A stretch of DNA of 63,190 nt, the filler included, from Globobulimina sp. (lineage: Eukaryota): assembly GCA_003354225.1 (NCBI GenBank). It is 37 parts of 37 records of this genome, joined end to end, with 100 filler letters (N's around TTAATTAATTAA, not from the genome) between each part and the next. Parts side by side here need not be neighbours in the genome. Positions count along the whole stretch, not along the records: positions 58,164 to 59,772 come from PIVH01014147.1; positions 59,873 to 61,481 come from PIVH01014148.1; positions 61,582 to 63,190 come from PIVH01014149.1; 34 more parts are not named here. The stretch is one strand, 5' to 3'. The notes beneath the pieces are model-generated. The model did not search any database. It was not told the DNA's origin and saw only the letters and a program-made list of their open reading frames with translations. A program made the position numbers and the translations under genes. This document shows, in pieces, positions 58,692 to 63,190 of the stretch; position 1 is the stretch's first letter; each line of letters begins with the position of its first letter.

Positions 58692-59772
58692 ATGGGAGTT
58701 GGTTATTTGGACATTGTGGATGTATTGTCCATAATATTAATCCTAATCAGCTGTATAATATTAATTCCAATATTAGTATACTCCTTGTATAGATTTCATA
58801 ATATTACCGATACGCAATTAGTTAAACACAGAAATCCGCACATTGTATATGCCATTAATCTACTAACGATATTTTGTTTTTTATCAGAAAGAATATTTGC
58901 AATATCCACCGAAGTTATTTATCACAGCGATCATCCACTACCAATTTGGACAGTTTCTCTCTGTGATAATTTTACTGTGGTAATAGTTTATGTATTATGT
59001 GTTATTCGTACGTGGTTATTGTATTATAACCGAAAATATTACACCAAAATCGCCGAAAATGTGTGGAAAAAAGATATTAATTCAAATGAGGTGTCCTGGT
59101 TCATACGTAATAGAAATAAATATGGTTCGTTCAGATCAATATTTATAAGAATAGCATTTATTCCCTCGGTAACATTCATATGTATCGAGATTAGCGCAGA
59201 TATAATATTCGGCGGTGAAGGTATCCACGATCACATATTGAATATATTATTGCCATTGAGTCTATTTATTATATTTTTATATTTATATTATAAGATTAAA
59301 GATTTTTATGATGCATTTAATGTCCGGAAAGAAATATATTATCAATGCATCGCATTATGTGTTGTTATCTGCATTGAGGCCATTGATGTAATCGCGTTTT
59401 TTGTGACTGACGCTGTGCAAAATCACAACGATTATCATTATTTAGAAAGAGTGGAATGGTTAATTTCTGCCATTGTAACATATTTTTCCTTATTTATTTT
59501 ATCATTAAGTTCAGTACGTATACATTTGTTATATGTAATTTGAGTCATTTTGACCGCAAAGCGTTTCCGAGTTAGTACAATCTATTATTATTTTAGTTTT
59601 GTTTTTGATTTTCGTGACAGTTTCCACCGCATATCCGGTATGGTTGAACATGGAAAGAAGCCAACAGAAAGAACTGGGCAAATCACAGCTAAATCACCAA
59701 AATAATTCTTCCTAAATGCTGGACTCAATTGCAACTATTGACGGATATAAATCATTTATCACTCAGTTGGTG
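58692..59772 (+). CDS. 7TM-RGS-like protein (partial; in-frame TAA at 59713-59715)
   Basis: Seven TM segments with VKHRNP and FYDAFNVRKEI. After an intron ending at 59620 come ISTAYPV and IDGYKSFITQLV (start of an RGS-like helix). Confidence 0.6.
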
Positions 59773-59872
59773 NNNNNNNNNNNNNNNNNNNNNNNNNNNN
59801 NNNNNNNNNNNNNNNNTTAATTAATTAANNNNNNNNNNNNNNNNNNNNNNNNNNNNNNNNNNNNNNNNNNNN

Positions 59873-60717
59873 AGTGATACAAACGCTCTGCAAACAATTT
59901 CATTAACAGCAGAATTTTTCAAGTTAAGGTCGACATGATCTCTGGTCTCAGTTTTTATATTTTGACGATATATATGTTATACAGACACAATTAATTGAAT
60001 AAAAAATAGAAATAAAAATTAATGGGAATAGATACGTTTAATGTTTATGAAATCAAAGATGATAAGCTTAAGCGTTTAATATGGATAGATTGACTGACAG
60101 TGATCCTAAAGTGTATTCCAATGGTATTTCAACTGGTTATACCGCGTGTTTGTGAAGCGATGGTTGATTTTTTATTTGCGTATTTCCCAAATTGTTCCCT
60201 AGATTTTAACAGTTTAGACTTTAGAATAGAATTCATTGATGATTGTACTGCCAATGGGTTTGACGCAATGTATGATTGTATCAAAAGTGCAGGATGTCAT
60301 ATGAAAAAGGATGCCAATACACCGTTGCATTGTACTGTATATCAGAGAATTCGATGTTTAATGATGAGTGTCTTTTGGCGATATTTTGTTTCTGATTGTT
60401 CTAGTACTACTTTTGATGGATTTGATGTGTTTAAATTATAGATAGATTGTGTTGTAATGATACGTGGGTTTATGGAGCAGAGTGCAGTGCGAATGTTTTG
60501 ATGCAATGTATCAATGTATTCAAAGAGAAGAATGTATTGTTTTGTTTTAATAATAATTGAATTCCCATTAATTTTTATTTCTATTTTTTATTCAATTAAT
60601 TGTGTCTGTATAACATATATATCGTCAAAATATAAAAACGGAGACCAGAGATCATGTCGACCTTAACTTGAAAAATTCTGCTGTTAATGAAATTGTTTGC
60701 AGAGCGTTTATATCACT
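59873..60717. repeat. 157-bp inverted repeat pair (59873-60029 and 60561-60717) around a 531-bp spacer
   Basis: The arms are reverse complements with 2 mismatches. The left arm starts at the contig edge. Confidence 0.97.
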
Positions 60718-61095
60718 CAGAACAACCAAATATATTCTTTAATTCATATAACAAACAAAATAGAAACTTGTGATCAACTTTTTAAAAAAGTGAAAATCTG
60801 GCAATTTCTAACTTTGCCAAATCGAAGAATTGAAGTCTTTCCTTTTGGAATCTATCTGATGGATACAATACACACACAATACAACAAATAAAAAGGCAAG
60901 CAAAATGACGAAAGAGTTAGTGTGGTGATCCCTAGGGGTGGTTGTGCAAAAGATGGATGAAAACACAAGCGATCCTGCCATGGTGAGAACAAAAAAGAAA
61001 AATTAACAACACAAAATACAAAAACTCTTTCAGTCAGTCACTTCAGTCCTCTGTAATTAAATGAAACCTTCGTCGCTTCTTTTGTTTTGAAATAA

Positions 61096-61481
61096 ATGAT
61101 GTCAACAAAAGTGAATCATCCATACAGTTTGCAATGTTTTGTCGATTGGATTAAGAATATTGAATTGTATGATAAAATAATTGAATTAGATTTTATTGAG
61201 ATAGAGAATGATTTGCAAACACTTGTGATAAAAGACAAAGATAAATGCAAAGCTCTGTTTTATCCAAATATTGAATCATATTATTCATATAAATCAATAC
61301 AGGATTTTGATAGAGATAGAGAAGAAATTAAAACGCATTACCAAACATTATTTGGTGGTTCTTCATCCATTGTACATTATATATTATACAATAAAAGTTT
61401 CTTATTTCAATCAAATGAATCAGATATCTCAAAACTAAATGATATTAAAAAATGTATGAAACAAAGTATTTACATTCTGCG
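61096..61481 (+). CDS. Hypothetical protein (partial)
   Basis: About 128-codon ORF open to the contig end. Confidence 0.45.
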
Positions 61482-61581
61482 NNNNNNNNNNNNNNNNNNN
61501 NNNNNNNNNNNNNNNNNNNNNNNNNTTAATTAATTAANNNNNNNNNNNNNNNNNNNNNNNNNNNNNNNNNNNNNNNNNNNN

Positions 61582-62763
61582 TTTCAAGAAATACAGGAAT
61601 TTGTTGTCGGCAGCTCTGATTTTGCATTGGAATTGTTTGTTTTTCTGCGCAATGTCACACAACGATGCAATAATTTTAGTTTCTGGTACGATGCTATCAT
61701 TGTACCACTTATTGACGAAGAAAGATGCGCTGAATGAGCTTTTAAAAAACTTACACGGGATCGCATATTAAGATGTTTTTTGTTATTTGTAATTGGTGAC
61801 AATAAGCCAGCGGTATATGCTGATGTTGGACTCATAGACATGGAGCCACCGTCATTCTCAAAAAAATTCAGCAAGCCTCTCGGTGCAGTTATATTCATAT
61901 CTACATCATCAAACGTTGAATTTGTGGCTTTTAAATCTAGCTTATGAAAGTCGTTCAAATCTAGGAAAGTAAGTAAGTTTTTTTTTAACATTTATTTAAG
62001 CAAAAAAACGAAAAACACAATTGTATACAAACTTGTGTTGCTGCCAGACCAATATATGCCATGTTGTATTCTGTCAGGTTTATTTTTGTTTTTGTTCAAA
62101 GCAGGACTGTTAATTTGTACATTCCAATGCATATTATCTTCTGTATCAGCAATATCTTCTTCTTCTTTGATATATGACATTGTTGGTGCATTATTAGATG
62201 GCCATGAAACTGTTTTTGTGGGTGTTCTATTCGTTAAATTATGTGATTTACCATTTTTTGATGCGAGTAATGGTAATAATTTGTCCTTTAAACCGATAAT
62301 CATTTCCAATAATTCCTTTGTAAAAAAGTTTAGATAATTTATATATGCAAGAAAATGGATGAATTTATATAAAAAAATAAACATAACTTCAGGAGTGTAT
62401 ATTTGTACGATTTGTTGCGGTTCAATGAATAATCCGCATTGTTTATTACATTTAAAATATGTCTTTTGGTTATATGTACCGTTATTATCTCCAACTACAC
62501 CGTCTGTTATTCGTATTTCGATGCCAATTAAATGATCATTTACAGATTGAGATTTGCCATCAACTGCACCAATATAACGTACTACGCCTACTCGTGCTTG
62601 CGTTAATAATACAATGTCACGTTGTTTGAGCTGTTCGTTTTTACGTTTTTTGTGTTTGGTGTGTTTATATAATTACCTTTAATATACATCTATTTTGTTG
62701 TTTTTGTTGATAGTGATCACTAAACTGTGGATGGTAATAGTTTATGATTATTTGTTGTTCCAT
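61582..62763 (-). CDS. CAP-Gly domain protein, multi-exon (3' partial)
   Basis: RVGVVRYIGAV...LIGIEI...GDNNGTYNQKTYFKC...GLFI at about 62430-62630. This domain is absent from the ORF track. Confidence 0.85.
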
Positions 62764-63190
62764 TACGTTTGTGTGGCGTACAACTTGCCATTATGAGAGT
62801 AATCTATAGTGAAAAACTTTTTTAATTTAAACAAAAAAAAAACTCTAAACATATTCAAATCTAAAGTCTCAAAAATTCAAATCGTACAATCACATAAAAC
62901 TTGAAACGTTTGCGCCTCAATCTCAACAATGGACAATGTGAAAAGCAAGGAAAAACAGGTAAATTACAAGCTTTCTTATAAGTTATAAATCAATCCATTC
63001 AACAAATAATTAAATACAGAAACAAAAGAGTAGCAATACATTAATATGGAGTCAATTAGGATTAGAAGAAGAGTATAAAGCGAATCAGTCATTATTCAAA
63101 TTGGCATCAAAAGAGGACGGCATAAATGGCATAAATGCAAAAAAATGTGTGCGACGAATAAGATTTATCTGTGAAACATATGTGGAATGG

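Noticed and set aside
1614-61581. Regularly spaced TTAATTAATTAA as a CRISPR-like array, telomere or nanochromosome boundary
   Set aside because: It is always embedded in exactly 44+44 Ns between size-sorted contigs, so it is an assembly linker.
1-63190. A multi-gene system or operon spanning the window, such as pPolB plus Helitron plus MSV199-like as one element
   Set aside because: The contigs are adjacent only because of their length. No linkage can be inferred across linkers.
1-63190. Alternative nuclear genetic code (stop-codon reassignment)
   Set aside because: Conserved genes end at the expected place with TAA (biotin carboxylase) and TGA (ERGIC3), and 300-400 aa ORFs have no internal stops.
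1-63190. tRNA or rRNA genes
   Set aside because: I recognised no cloverleaf or rRNA-like conserved segments by eye. A covariance search was not possible.

Overview
This is not one locus. It is a pseudo-scaffold of 37 unrelated contigs of about 1.61 kb, sorted by decreasing length (1613 to 1609 bp) and joined by an artificial 100-bp linker (N44-TTAATTAATTAA-N44), so synteny holds only within a contig. The DNA is from an AT-rich, gene-dense eukaryote with short spliceosomal introns and the standard code. The gene repertoire suggests a rhizarian, probably a foraminifer (inference). Recognisable genes include a cullin, sulfotransferases, CK1, a P2X receptor, an ABCG transporter, CNOT10, a D-amino-acid oxidoreductase, an NDUFA12/NDUFAF2-family protein, a GT64 glycosyltransferase, an SDR, a biotin carboxylase, a DUSP, ERGIC3, a transportin and a CAP-Gly protein. 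The best find was missed by the ORF track: a complete 124-aa Rdx/SelW-like selenoprotein candidate (19392-19766, minus). It has an in-frame TGA in an unusual N-x-x-U motif, a predicted lipidated N-terminus and a GUGA-type SECIS in its 3' UTR. Other highlights are an intron-containing Polinton-type DNA polymerase B, a Helitron/Helentron Rep fragment, a DUF3825-like-SAM fusion, an ADP-ribosyltransferase-like gene, a 157-bp inverted repeat pair and many genes carrying single lesions. All family calls come from recognising motifs by eye; no searches were run.
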